Under the pieces are notes generated by a model. That model ran no database searches and was not told the origin of the DNA. It saw nothing but the letters and a program-made list of their open reading frames with translations. Below are positions 36,102 through 47,200 of a stretch of DNA of 53,965 nucleotides, piece after piece (within the stretch, counting starts at the first letter, position 1; the number at the start of each line of letters is the position of its first letter). Source of the DNA: a virus (Duplodnaviria; Caudoviricetes). The position numbers and the translations under genes are program-made. The stretch is from positions 1-53,965 of the IMG/VR virus record IMGVR_UViG_3300017726_000004; one strand, written 5' to 3'.

Positions 36102-37303
36102 TGTTTGGTGCAATATTTAAAAACTCGGCAAAGAATAAAGAGTATAGATTCAATGAAATCTCCTCTACTTATCTTAACGGGTTTTCTTTGGCAGACAGAG
36201 AGTTTTTACCAAGAAGTCCAGAAAATGCACCCTCGGTGTTTGAACCTCTTGGTTCACAAAGAGTTGCTGGTGTATCAAACGCATATTACAACATTTACCC
36301 AGCGTTACCAGCATATCTGTCTCTTCTTGGTTACACTGATTTCATTAGCCTTGTAACAGAGTATTATGATTGGGTTTATACTTCAAATACAACAGATTCT
36401 CTGGGATCTGGGTATTTCTTAACGTCCGAAGACGTATATCGTTTATTAGATATTGACTCTATTGCAAAAACGTCAGATGATGATGAAGATTTTATCCGTG
36501 ATAAAGAAACTCGTAAAAACATTCTATCCCTTATTGCGAAGCAATATGCAGAAGGATTAGAAACCTATTGGAATGATCAATCAAACCCAATTGGTGAAGA
36601 ACAACTAATTCAATTCATTAGTGGTATTCGTGAAAATTTTTATCAAAAGAAAACAAATAAAGCAGCACTTGATTATTACTTTAAAACTTTGTTTGAAGTT
36701 GCCGGTGCGAGCGTTATAATTGACGAACCAAAAAAATACATTTTGAGAACGGATGGTGGCATTCCTGAGTTTGCACCAAGTGCCTCAGGTAATCTTTTAA
36801 TATCTGATCAACCCTTGGGACAAGCAGTTTTTCAAGATAGTTATTGGTATCAAGACTACTCTTATCTCTTAAGTGTTTCTACCTCTTTGGGTGAAACAGT
36901 AGGATTGGACTTAACATATGATTTAGATGAGGTTGAGCAGGAAATATACTCCGAACTCGCACATCCCGCTGGAATTAAAGTTTTCTTTAATACTACAAAT
37001 GATGATTATGTTCCACCACCGGATTTTGAGGGTGAATTTGGTGCTAGAGAAACGACAATTTTAGGTCATTATCTCCCCTACAGGGTGTCTGATCAAACTG
37101 GTCTTACTTACACCTCCGGATGTACCTATGACTTAGATGGCGATGGAACTTCACTCACAACACATGCTCACCCCGGCTGGTCAGATGATATCCCCATTGA
37201 AGGGTCGGCAGCGTCGGCATTTGGTAATATAAATATTGGGAGTTTCTTTTTCCTTGCACCCGCAGAAAATAGTCCCAACACATCGTACACACCTTGCTCT
37301 TAA
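36101..37303 (+). CDS. baseplate wedge subunit (short gp7-like)
   Basis: F...YY.W, FY.KK......YF..LF, QDS..YQDYSY, HPAG.K.F. Confidence 0.8.
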   Translation: MFGAIFKNSAKNKEYRFNEISSTYLNGFSLADREFLPRSPENAPSVFEPLGSQRVAGVSNAYYNIYPALPAYLSLLGYTDFISLVTEYYDWVYTSNTTDSLGSGYFLTSEDVYRLLDIDSIAKTSDDDEDFIRDKETRKNILSLIAKQYAEGLETYWNDQSNPIGEEQLIQFISGIRENFYQKKTNKAALDYYFKTLFEVAGASVIIDEPKKYILRTDGGIPEFAPSASGNLLISDQPLGQAVFQDSYWYQDYSYLLSVSTSLGETVGLDLTYDLDEVEQEIYSELAHPAGIKVFFNTTNDDYVPPPDFEGEFGARETTILGHYLPYRVSDQTGLTYTSGCTYDLDGDGTSLTTHAHPGWSDDIPIEGSAASAFGNINIGSFFFLAPAENSPNTSYTPCS

Positions 37304-37316
37304 ATAGGAATTTAAA

Positions 37317-39149
37317 ATGTCAACAACTTTGAGGTCAATTGGAATAGATACGGCAAAAACCCTGTATGATCTTATTCGGGGAGATACCAGTAATTGGCTC
37401 TTCTTTTTAGGTGGAGCAAGTGCGGCTCCAGAAGAAAATAAAAATACAATCACCGATGACAATTCAGTTTGGCAAGATATTACATTCCTCCAAAAAATTC
37501 GTGACAACGAAGTTGCTATTATTGCAAGACGAGTTAATTGGTCGTCGGGGAATGTTTACTACCCATATGATTCAAATGGTATTCCAGAAACTGGGGCAAG
37601 TGGACCGGAAAGAAACTACTATGCGATGACAGAAGACAAAGAAGTTTTTGTTTGTATGGGAGCGAACGAAAAAAATCGTTACGACCAATTTGGATTGAGT
37701 ACATCAACAATTAAACCCACAAGGGCAAATCAAAACACAGTTTTGGCTGATGGTTATTCTTGGAGATTTTTATACAAAATTGACCTCGCAGACAAAACCT
37801 TTCTTTCAAACACATACATGCCTGTTCCAGACATAAATGAGTATGATATTGTACCTTCAACTGCATCCAAAAAAGAAGAGGCTTTTCGTCGTGGATGTGG
37901 TAACAATGCAGGAGCATCCGGATCTTGTTGTTTTTATTACAAGGAAGATGCGATTGATCCTGTAACATCAGACGCTTTCTCTAAAGGTGATCTTGATTTT
38001 TGCACAGAAAACATAAAATGTACAAATTGTTTTGCTATAGCAAATGCACTTAATAGATCATACATTTTTAATCTGCTTGGTAACTGCACCGATAATCCAT
38101 GTGCTTCAACAACAACAATTAAAAGTGGGTATGAACTTGCTTTGGATCAACAAAGAAAAATAAGTCCAAATAGGAACCTTTATTTACAAGCGAATGTTTA
38201 CAAAGAGGCAAAAGCAAAAGTAGGACAAATTCATTCAGTTTCAATTGATTTGTCTGGACTTTCGGTTAGTGATTTAACGACAACAACAAAAGATCCAGTT
38301 GTGGAGATATCATCAAGTTCCGGAGAAAATGCCGTTGTTCAATTAACAACTTATAAAAGTGGTAGTAGTTTTGTAATTGATGGCATTAGTCTAGTTAATG
38401 GGGGATCTGGATATAGGGATGCCTCAATTTTATCAGTTACAAACAGTCTTGAAAATAGAATTAGAATTAATTTAGACTACCAAGACGGTCTTTTTGCTGA
38501 TCCCAGAAGATTGTTAAATGCCACCAGAGTGATGGTTAGGGTCGGAATACGAACTGATAGACTTGCCGATGATTTCGGGACAAATCAAGTAACATTTAGA
38601 CGTTACGGAATCATAAGAGATGTTCAAACACAAGGACAGACGACTAATTTTCAGGCAGGATCAGATACGGGATCAGGACAAATTCAACGTTTCTCTAACG
38701 TGAAAAAGGTAAACGTTACTTCTCCATCCTCTATTAGTTTTGGTGCGACTCCAACTTTTGAAATATCCAGCATTAGTCACGATAAAACCAAAATTGTTAA
38801 TGAAAAAGGTTTAACTGTTTTCAACAATTTAACGCAGGATTCAAAGACAAAAGTTCCGCAGTCCGCAAAAATTGTTGCAACCAAACAAGTGGGGGCAAAG
38901 GCAGCGACATTGGAATTAATTGAAGCATCTGATACTATAAAAGTAGGAGATGAATTGGTTTTGAATACTGATTTGACCGATGTTTTCACTGTGTCTCAAG
39001 TCACCTCCTCCCCAACCGTTACACCATTTACAGGTAAACTTGTTTCATCAAATGATACAAATATTACCGCTACTTCTAGTACCGCTGCTGTAGAAGCACC
39101 ACCAAGAGAAGTTTTCTTCCAATACATTTATTCATTAGGAAAATATTAA
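37317..39149 (+). CDS. baseplate wedge subunit (gp8-like) with a Cys-rich insert
   Basis: RRVNW.SG..Y..YD, NYY.MT....V..C, ST.KPT, DGY.W.FLY. Confidence 0.88.
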   Translation: MSTTLRSIGIDTAKTLYDLIRGDTSNWLFFLGGASAAPEENKNTITDDNSVWQDITFLQKIRDNEVAIIARRVNWSSGNVYYPYDSNGIPETGASGPERNYYAMTEDKEVFVCMGANEKNRYDQFGLSTSTIKPTRANQNTVLADGYSWRFLYKIDLADKTFLSNTYMPVPDINEYDIVPSTASKKEEAFRRGCGNNAGASGSCCFYYKEDAIDPVTSDAFSKGDLDFCTENIKCTNCFAIANALNRSYIFNLLGNCTDNPCASTTTIKSGYELALDQQRKISPNRNLYLQANVYKEAKAKVGQIHSVSIDLSGLSVSDLTTTTKDPVVEISSSSGENAVVQLTTYKSGSSFVIDGISLVNGGSGYRDASILSVTNSLENRIRINLDYQDGLFADPRRLLNATRVMVRVGIRTDRLADDFGTNQVTFRRYGIIRDVQTQGQTTNFQAGSDTGSGQIQRFSNVKKVNVTSPSSISFGATPTFEISSISHDKTKIVNEKGLTVFNNLTQDSKTKVPQSAKIVATKQVGAKAATLELIEASDTIKVGDELVLNTDLTDVFTVSQVTSSPTVTPFTGKLVSSNDTNITATSSTAAVEAPPREVFFQYIYSLGKY

Positions 39150-40015
39150 TGGCAAGATCAATATTACCATTTAAAATTTCTTCAACAGAACCCCAAACTC
39201 CACTCTCTGTTGCACCATATAACAGCAGAACGGTTTTGCATTCATTTGATCCAAACTCGTTCGAGGAAAACTACAAATACGTTGCGTTCCGTCCCGGATA
39301 TGCCGTTCAAGCGGCAGAGTTAAACGAAGTTCAAGAGTATTTTTACAAAGAAAATACTCTGATGGCAACAATGATTAATTACTGGGGTTATTATGTTGGA
39401 ACTCCTTACGCTGGATCTGGAGACGAGGGAACAAGCCTTCGATACGGTGGACCAGGCTGGGATGGTGCAACACCGCTTGCACCATACGGTGCAGGAAATC
39501 AACCCGGATTTGATGTGATCCCCCCAGCGTCTCAACCAGCATCATCCGAAATTCCAAACCTTGTGTCTGTAATTGATAACGGAACCTCAATTACAATTCA
39601 ATTAAATCAAGGATACTATCTAACAGAGGTAAGAACAGGGACCGATGTTGATAATGGATTTAAATATTTTGTGTACCTTAACTATGAGGGTGCTTTGGGT
39701 GAATCTCTTTACACAACTACAATTTCAAAAGCAACATCAGGTATTTCTTATGTTGGATTATTTTTAACACAAACATACGTTTTACCCGAGGGTGGTGGTG
39801 ATGGAGCAACGGACAGAACATTACAAGATAATTCTGCTGGATTCTATAATATAAACGGTCTTGGTGCGGCAAGAGTTTCCTTTAATTTCTCTGGCATAGG
39901 TGTTGCGGGTGTTAACGGTTCGACCGGATTTGATACTATCTCTCCTGTTTTGTATATCGACCACTCAACCGGCAAAGTTCGATACATGAGCAATCTAATT
40001 ATAACAACGGTGTAA
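39149..40015 (+). CDS. virion structural protein (DUF4815 N-terminal-like)
   Basis: NY..V.FRPGYAVQA.EL.E.Q motif. Confidence 0.7.
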   Translation: MARSILPFKISSTEPQTPLSVAPYNSRTVLHSFDPNSFEENYKYVAFRPGYAVQAAELNEVQEYFYKENTLMATMINYWGYYVGTPYAGSGDEGTSLRYGGPGWDGATPLAPYGAGNQPGFDVIPPASQPASSEIPNLVSVIDNGTSITIQLNQGYYLTEVRTGTDVDNGFKYFVYLNYEGALGESLYTTTISKATSGISYVGLFLTQTYVLPEGGGDGATDRTLQDNSAGFYNINGLGAARVSFNFSGIGVAGVNGSTGFDTISPVLYIDHSTGKVRYMSNLIITTV

Positions 40016-40016
40016 T

Positions 40017-40862
40017 ATGACAAGAAATCTCTATCCATTTAAAAAGCAACAAGGGTCATCCACTGTGTATGGTCCACTTTCACCATATGGATCGAAAAAA
40101 GCAGAACATTCTTTAAATGAAGAAAGTGTGGATAAAAATTACACTTACGTTGCATTCGCATCGGGTGATACCCTTCAGTCATCAGATTTAAATGAACAAC
40201 AAGAAACACATTACATAGAGAGAAATCTTGCAATAGAATCACTTAGATCGTGGGGATTTTTTCAAGGACCACCTGCAAATGGAGATAATGGACGAAACAG
40301 AGTCGGCTCTCCGGGCTGGAATGGTGCCAGTCCAATTATTCCGGGCATACCAATATCAACAAATGTAGTGCCAACAATGTCAAGAAAACAAGGTGAATAT
40401 TCACCCGTTACTATTACAAAAACTAGCGACAATCTTTCAATAAAATTTAACGAAGGATTTTATCGTCTTTCGACATTGAATGGAACGGCAAAAGATCACG
40501 GATTTTTATATCACGTTTATTTAAATCAAAATGATGGAGTGGATAAATTTAAAGTTACTGTGAGTAAAGAATTTACGTCTGGTATAACTTATGTTGGATT
40601 AAAATTTAATAGTAAAGAAATTCTTCCACAAACTAGAACAGTAACTGGAACTGACACTGACTCTACTTTGATGAATGATAAATTAAAATCTGTTGACGAT
40701 CAAGTAACGGTCGCAAAAAGAATTCAATATGAATTTAGTGAAGCAACAGAATTATATGGGGGAGTAGATACTATTATTTCAGACTTTGCTCCGGTCCTGT
40801 ATGTAGATCACCTAAATAAAAAAGTAAAATATATGAATAACTTACTAATAGACACATTCTAA
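40017..40862 (+). CDS. virion structural protein, paralog of 39149-40015
   Basis: Shared PLS..PY.S, NY.YVAF, LNE.QE, PGW.GA.P and PVLY.DH...KV.YM.NL.I. Confidence 0.75.
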   Translation: MTRNLYPFKKQQGSSTVYGPLSPYGSKKAEHSLNEESVDKNYTYVAFASGDTLQSSDLNEQQETHYIERNLAIESLRSWGFFQGPPANGDNGRNRVGSPGWNGASPIIPGIPISTNVVPTMSRKQGEYSPVTITKTSDNLSIKFNEGFYRLSTLNGTAKDHGFLYHVYLNQNDGVDKFKVTVSKEFTSGITYVGLKFNSKEILPQTRTVTGTDTDSTLMNDKLKSVDDQVTVAKRIQYEFSEATELYGGVDTIISDFAPVLYVDHLNKKVKYMNNLLIDTF

Positions 40863-40872
40863 TGGGGTACAA

Positions 40873-43098
40873 ATGGGCGTTGAAGACAATACATTTCAAA
40901 TAGAAGACCTGAACGATAACACGAGTTTCTTTGAGTGGGCAACAAAAACCAACTCAGAAATTATCGCAAAGCATAATCTTCTCCGTGTATATGACGGCAT
41001 TTCCGGTGACGGTATCAACGTAATCGTTGGTGTTACTTCGGATGGTGTTGGCAGTGATAATACTGGTATCTCCTCTGGTGACATTTTTGTCGAACTTAGT
41101 GGCAATGTTAACAAAGGAATGACATTCAACGATGTCACAATTAATGGATTACTCAGTTATGATTTTGCAAAATCCTTCACTGGTGTTAATACAGTCTCTG
41201 CGTCTGTTACTGGTGCAACTGCCGATTATGTTGCTGGTCAAGTTGTTCGTTTTGTCGTTGACGGAAGTTACAGAGGTCTTACTCTAGCAAAAGCAGACTC
41301 TCCATCAGGAGCAGAAGTTTTTGGTATTGTAAACGGGGAAACAGGTGAAAATTCAATTTCTGTTGCAACCCACGGTGTTGTTAACATTCCAACAGGTGGT
41401 CTTGAGCCCGGTTGTGTTCACTTCTTAGATTCTTCGACGGCGGGTGGTTTGACAGCAAATGAACCAAATGTTTTGGGTCAAGTTTCCAAACCAGTTTTAG
41501 TCGCAACATCAGAAACACAAGGTGTTGTTTATAATTTTAGAGGTCAACTTCTTCAAGGAACTGGTGGTACAGGTTCTAGTCAGGCTGACAACAACGCATT
41601 CTTCTTGACAGGAATGTCATCTGAATTTACTCGTGGAAAAGCCATCTCATTTAATAACGGCCAATTTGAACCCACAAATGGAAATAACAGCAATTCAATG
41701 AACAGCGTTGCCGGTGTTATCACCGAAGATTCAACAACGGGACTTGCATCTGGTGTAATTAAAGTTGTAACAAATGGCTTTGTAGTAAACTCACCAGTAA
41801 CAAATGGATCTGGACCTCTCTTTGTTAATACCGATGGTACTTTGCAATTTACAAATCCGGGATCTGGTTCAAAAATAGTTGGAATCAACGTTCTTATCGG
41901 CAGTGACTTTGCTTTGGTTGTCCATCCATATCACGATGCAGGATCGTTCAATCCCTTGACGGGAGAATCAACCGGCAATCCAATCCAGTTTTCGACATTG
42001 GCTCCTCCAACTCTTTTTGGTGCAACATCTAACACTGGTGGTGTATCCTATGTCAACGATAACGAACTGATTAATGGTTCGTACACGGTTTGGCAGAGAG
42101 GTATTGGTGTTGGTTCTGCACACACTGGAACAGGAAGCACTTATTTTGCAGATAAGTGGGTAAGACTTAACGGTTTGACACACGGATCAGGATCCTTTAG
42201 TATTTTAAGAAAAGACTTCTCTCCAACGCAAGTAGAGGTTGAAGGTAATCCGCTTTACTATACTCGTTTGAATCACAGTATCTCTGGTTACACTGGAGAC
42301 GATTTCCTACAGGTAGAGAACCGTGTGGAGGGTTCTGATGCTTTCCGAGGGGAGAACATGACACTTTCCTTCTATGCGAGAGCGGGGACTTCAGGAGCGA
42401 CATGTACAGCGTTTGTGAAACAAGTTTATAACGAATCCGATGAAACTCTAACCAGCCTTGGTACGTTCTCACTCGGAACAGACTTTACAAAATATATTAC
42501 AACATTCTCTATGCCTGCAATGACTCAAGTTCCGAATTTTAATGGTGACGATTATGTTGGTGTCGGTATTGACATTCTTCGAGTCCCCGGACAACTGGAT
42601 CTTGCTCAAGTAAAACTTGAAAGAGGACTTGCTTCAACTCCAGTTAGACCAAAAACTATTGAAGCGGAGTATGATGATTGTGCAAGATATTATCAACGAA
42701 GTTACGGACCGGATATCACATCGTCGTCGAACACGACAATAAATGGTGTTCCCGATTCAACTTCTCTTAACTTTACCGTAATTTCACCCGACTCCGATTT
42801 CTATCATAGATTCCCAGTCCGAATGCGTGAAGAACCAACTGTTACTTTATTCTCCCCAATAGACGGGATCACAGCAGACGCTTTCAATAGAACAGCGAAT
42901 GCAAACCTCGCAAAAACTTCTGGATCCAGAGGTTCTGGTGGAAACACCCGTGTTGCACCTGCGGGAGAAACAACCATTCGTGTGGGACAAAAAACGAAAG
43001 ACGGGGTTCTTGTTGAACCGTTAACTGGTTTTGTTAATTTTGATAACATTTCTGTCCACTATGTTGCTGATGCTGACCTAAATAACGACGTAAGTTGA
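40873..43098 (+). CDS. tail fibre/virion structural protein with a carbohydrate-binding-like domain
   Basis: TSF.EW..KTN N-terminus; LING...WQRG...YFADKW, TLSFYA, QVKLERG..TP, C.RYYQ motifs. Confidence 0.7.
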   Translation: MGVEDNTFQIEDLNDNTSFFEWATKTNSEIIAKHNLLRVYDGISGDGINVIVGVTSDGVGSDNTGISSGDIFVELSGNVNKGMTFNDVTINGLLSYDFAKSFTGVNTVSASVTGATADYVAGQVVRFVVDGSYRGLTLAKADSPSGAEVFGIVNGETGENSISVATHGVVNIPTGGLEPGCVHFLDSSTAGGLTANEPNVLGQVSKPVLVATSETQGVVYNFRGQLLQGTGGTGSSQADNNAFFLTGMSSEFTRGKAISFNNGQFEPTNGNNSNSMNSVAGVITEDSTTGLASGVIKVVTNGFVVNSPVTNGSGPLFVNTDGTLQFTNPGSGSKIVGINVLIGSDFALVVHPYHDAGSFNPLTGESTGNPIQFSTLAPPTLFGATSNTGGVSYVNDNELINGSYTVWQRGIGVGSAHTGTGSTYFADKWVRLNGLTHGSGSFSILRKDFSPTQVEVEGNPLYYTRLNHSISGYTGDDFLQVENRVEGSDAFRGENMTLSFYARAGTSGATCTAFVKQVYNESDETLTSLGTFSLGTDFTKYITTFSMPAMTQVPNFNGDDYVGVGIDILRVPGQLDLAQVKLERGLASTPVRPKTIEAEYDDCARYYQRSYGPDITSSSNTTINGVPDSTSLNFTVISPDSDFYHRFPVRMREEPTVTLFSPIDGITADAFNRTANANLAKTSGSRGSGGNTRVAPAGETTIRVGQKTKDGVLVEPLTGFVNFDNISVHYVADADLNNDVS

Positions 43099-43106
43099 GG
43101 TAAAAT

Positions 43107-44276
43107 ATGCCAAGTTGTTCAAGTAGTTCAAATATTAATTCATCGACTACCAATGTTAATTTAAATAACATCGGTTCACGAATTCTTGCCACCATTCCAG
43201 TAACAAGTTCAGATTATACCGTGGAGGCTGGAATTGTGGCTGGTGATGTTATTCGGTACGATGTGTCAGATCCATCAAATAAAATTTACAGAAAATCAAA
43301 AGCAAATACTGTAGAGAATGCAGAAGTTATCGGTGTTGTTGAATCTGTTGATGCTGTAAATTTAAACGTTGTTGTTTTTGGTCAAATTAATTACCCATCA
43401 GGTAGATTTACAAATTTATCAGAGGATACCACAGGAGCAACTGGCGGTAATGACATTTATTTCCTTAGTCCGACCGCAACTGGTGGTGTTCAAAACTTGG
43501 CTCCGTTTGAGCAAACTCAAGTAATTAAACCAATTTTGCAAGTGGCAGATGATGGTGTAAACAACGCTATTGTTTTGAACTATATTGGATATACTGTCGG
43601 TGGAGCAATTGCGGCAGAAAGCACCGATGATTTGATCGGTGAACTTCGAGAATATTTGGACATTGGACAACAATTACCACCTTCTCTCGTGAGGGTGGAT
43701 CAAGGTTCTCAAAACTTTAATGTTTCTGATTTTAACGAACTGTACGGGGTAATCGGTAAAACTTATGGTTATACCGAAGTAATTACATTTGCTTCAACAA
43801 GCCTTGCCAAGGCAAGTTTAATTGGCAGGGTTGCAAAACAAGTTAGTGGAGGTAAAACAACTTACACTGGAAGGATTACTTCGATAGATACCGTTAACAA
43901 TACAATCACCATTGAAAGAGGTTCTGGAGTTCCCCAAGTAAACACAGGTATCAAAATAAATATTGATGATGTGTTATACACGGTCGATAGTACAACAGTA
44001 ACAAGATTTGTTGTGCCGCAAATCGTTACGTCTGGTTCTGCTAGACTTTCTGTTGGTAGTTCGATTCAAACCGGCAGCATCGCTGTTGCGATGGTTGTAA
44101 AAAATATCCGAGGCATTTCAATCCCAAGAAAAGTGTCTGTTAAAGAACTTGAAGTTACCGATAAACTTACAACATCAACAAATGCAACAAGCACTCTCGC
44201 TGATATTAATAGCACAGTAAATACAGTTCAGACTGATCTTCAAACTGTTCAGAGGAAACTCGGACTTATATCATGA
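43107..44276 (+). CDS. virion structural protein
   Basis: AKA....AEV.G.V and YFLS....GG.....P......KP motifs shared with 40873-43098. Confidence 0.7.
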   Translation: MPSCSSSSNINSSTTNVNLNNIGSRILATIPVTSSDYTVEAGIVAGDVIRYDVSDPSNKIYRKSKANTVENAEVIGVVESVDAVNLNVVVFGQINYPSGRFTNLSEDTTGATGGNDIYFLSPTATGGVQNLAPFEQTQVIKPILQVADDGVNNAIVLNYIGYTVGGAIAAESTDDLIGELREYLDIGQQLPPSLVRVDQGSQNFNVSDFNELYGVIGKTYGYTEVITFASTSLAKASLIGRVAKQVSGGKTTYTGRITSIDTVNNTITIERGSGVPQVNTGIKINIDDVLYTVDSTTVTRFVVPQIVTSGSARLSVGSSIQTGSIAVAMVVKNIRGISIPRKVSVKELEVTDKLTTSTNATSTLADINSTVNTVQTDLQTVQRKLGLIS

Positions 44277-47200
44277 CACCAATTTATGGAAGTAGCCCCT
44301 TTATACGATCTGCGACTGGTCCCACCGGCCCCACTGGCCCCACTGGTCCAACAGGACCGACCGGGGCAACTGGTCCAACAATTAGAGGTGCAACTGGACC
44401 GACTGGAGAAAGTTTTCTTGAGATTCTTTCTTCCTCCTCTGGTCTTACTTTTGTTACACTTTTTAGCGGTAATACTTTTGAAAGAGGTATTTCTGCCGAG
44501 TATAGCACCGTCGATGGATCTCAAATTCTTGGAAACACTGGTTCAACTTTAACCAGAGTAGGATTCAATAACTTAGGTGACGGATTTACTCTTGCTGTAA
44601 GCACAGAAAAAAACACGTTATCAATAAGAAGTCTTGGAGTTACAGGTAATTATCTGACGTTATCAACTGATTCTGATGGATTGATAACTCTCGACTATGA
44701 TTTGAGTGGATCGGGTTTTGCTGATGTTTCTGGGTTAACCGGACAACTTATCAAAACAGATGGTTCTAGCAACTTAGTTGGACTTCAGGGTGCGACTGCC
44801 AAAGAGTTTTTAAATCGAAATGAAGTTCGTGGTCTTCGAGTTAAATCATATAGAGAACCAACCGTTTTATTAGAAAAAGGAAACGGTGTAGAAATAAAAG
44901 ATATTGAAGGTGTTCAGGGGGTTGAAGCAACCGTTGATTGGGCACGAGCAAAAAACTTTGTTGTTGATATGACTCAATATGCAGAGGTAACTGATGGACA
45001 GACACCACTGACTGTAAACATTAACAAAGCACCAGAAAATTATAGTGCTTCGTTCTTTTTAATTGTTGATGGTGCAACCGGAACTACACCATCAGTTGAT
45101 CGGTTCACAAGTCAGAGTAATGTCAAATTCCCGTACATACAGAAACCTTGTTTTAGTGGTAACAGAGACATCTTTACTTTTATCTCTTTTCAGGATACAT
45201 GGTATGGAAATCTTGTTGGTTGGGATCTTACAGGCAATAATCCTGACATCAACGAATTAGAACCATATAGTGAAACACACTATTGTAATGAATTAGAACC
45301 ATTCTTTGGTTCCACCGATGGTGCCACGGGTGCATGTTGTCTTGGTGATGGTAATACAACAATCACAACGTTTGCAGAGTGTCCGGGCTTCTTTGTTTCT
45401 CAAGCAACGGCTGCCGCTTTTGGTTTCACACCACAAAATATTGAAAACGCTTGCGGAACTCCCGCAACCGGAATCAATGGTGATGCGGTTGGACCGTGTT
45501 GTGTGTATCAAATCGACACCGATCAAATTGACTGTCTCAACGATCAAAGTCCCGATCAATGTTTATCCCTTTCAAATAACGCAGACTTGTACGCATCTTT
45601 TTCAAACTTTAATGATTATCTGCCGGGATGTGACATTACCAAAGTTGAATCGGGTTGTGAATGTGTTGATTGCGATAATTCAGTTCTTGGTATCGGGGCA
45701 TGTTGCGACGGTAATGGAAATTGCACAGAAGTGGATAGATTTTCATGTGAGCAAATTAGTGGATTCTTTAGAGGACCGGGAGTGGCTTGCACAGACACAT
45801 TATGTTCGGGTGGAAGTGGTGCGTGTTATACAGGACAAACTTGTGTTGATAATATAGATGGTGCGGCTTGCATTGGTGTTGGATCCCTTTATGCTGGAGA
45901 TGACAGTAATTGTGCAACAACAAGTCCACCAAATCTTTTTAATCCAGAAAGACGTTCCCTTCCAGATGGAATTCATCCGTTCTTTACACATTCAGATGTT
46001 GAACCTTATTTTAAATTAGGTCAATCTTATGGTGGTGGTATTGTGGTTGGTATCTTTAATCCATATGGTGCAACCTGCTTAGGTAACACAGGACATGGTT
46101 TGGATCGTAATTCAGTTTCTGGTCTTACTGGAAATGTAATTGATACTCTTCCAGACGGAACAACTTCATCTGCATATATTCCACCATCAATTCTAGCAGA
46201 CGAATCAGACTCTGGAATTTATCGGTCACAATATGATTTCCACGGATACGGTTATGATGATAGAAAGTCTCAAAGTTACTACCAAGGCCTTTCATATCCA
46301 GACGAGGAATCGGGTGAGTTTAGAGAGGATGCTTGGTTTATTATTCTTTCACTCAACGATGCAGAGTTAGAATCAAATCCGTTCTCAAATAATAAAGAGT
46401 TCCGTTGGGGTGTTACGGGTAGTAATTATGGACCGATTAGTAACATTGGACAACCAGACTCCGACGTTGGAACAGAAAGACAACAAAAATATCTCGACAT
46501 TGATATTGTTGAAGGGTTCAATGGTGAAGACTATTCTGCATCAGGTGTTCTTGAGGGTGGAGAATATGGTGGTTACTTCCGACCAATTTTCTCTACAAAA
46601 GAAGGACATTGGAGGAAGACATCAGGTGTTGGTGCAAATCAAGGACAACCCACCGTAAATGAAAATCTTACTCGTCACTCTGTCACATCTTGGCAATCTG
46701 CTAGAGGTGCTGGAACAACCTCGCTTGAAAAATTATATTCCAAAGCATCTGCCGGTGGCAATTATCAATTGAGAGAAGAACTTGGTGCTGACTACAATGG
46801 TCTTTGGCACAGAAACTGGGGACTTCACAATACGGTAAGAATGGCACATGGACTGAATCATGCTTATTACGAGTGTGGAACTGCCGGAACTAATTGTAAT
46901 GGAACTTACGATTATATCTCACCAGACGGATCTCAAACTATTACATGTGATCAACTTAAAACTTTAACAGGTTCGTCACTTCAATGTGGTTGTTTGTTTA
47001 GTTCTAGCCTCACGATTGGTTGTGATAACAATAACACAACTGCAAATGAATTTTATTATTCATCATGGCCACAAGACCCAACACCGATTAATAATTTAGC
47101 ATATGCTTTTGAAAAAGACAGTAAGTATAATCGACAAATGTATATCGGTGAGTATTGGTTTGGAAAAGCCGCTGCAAGTGGAAATACAGGACAAGACGCA

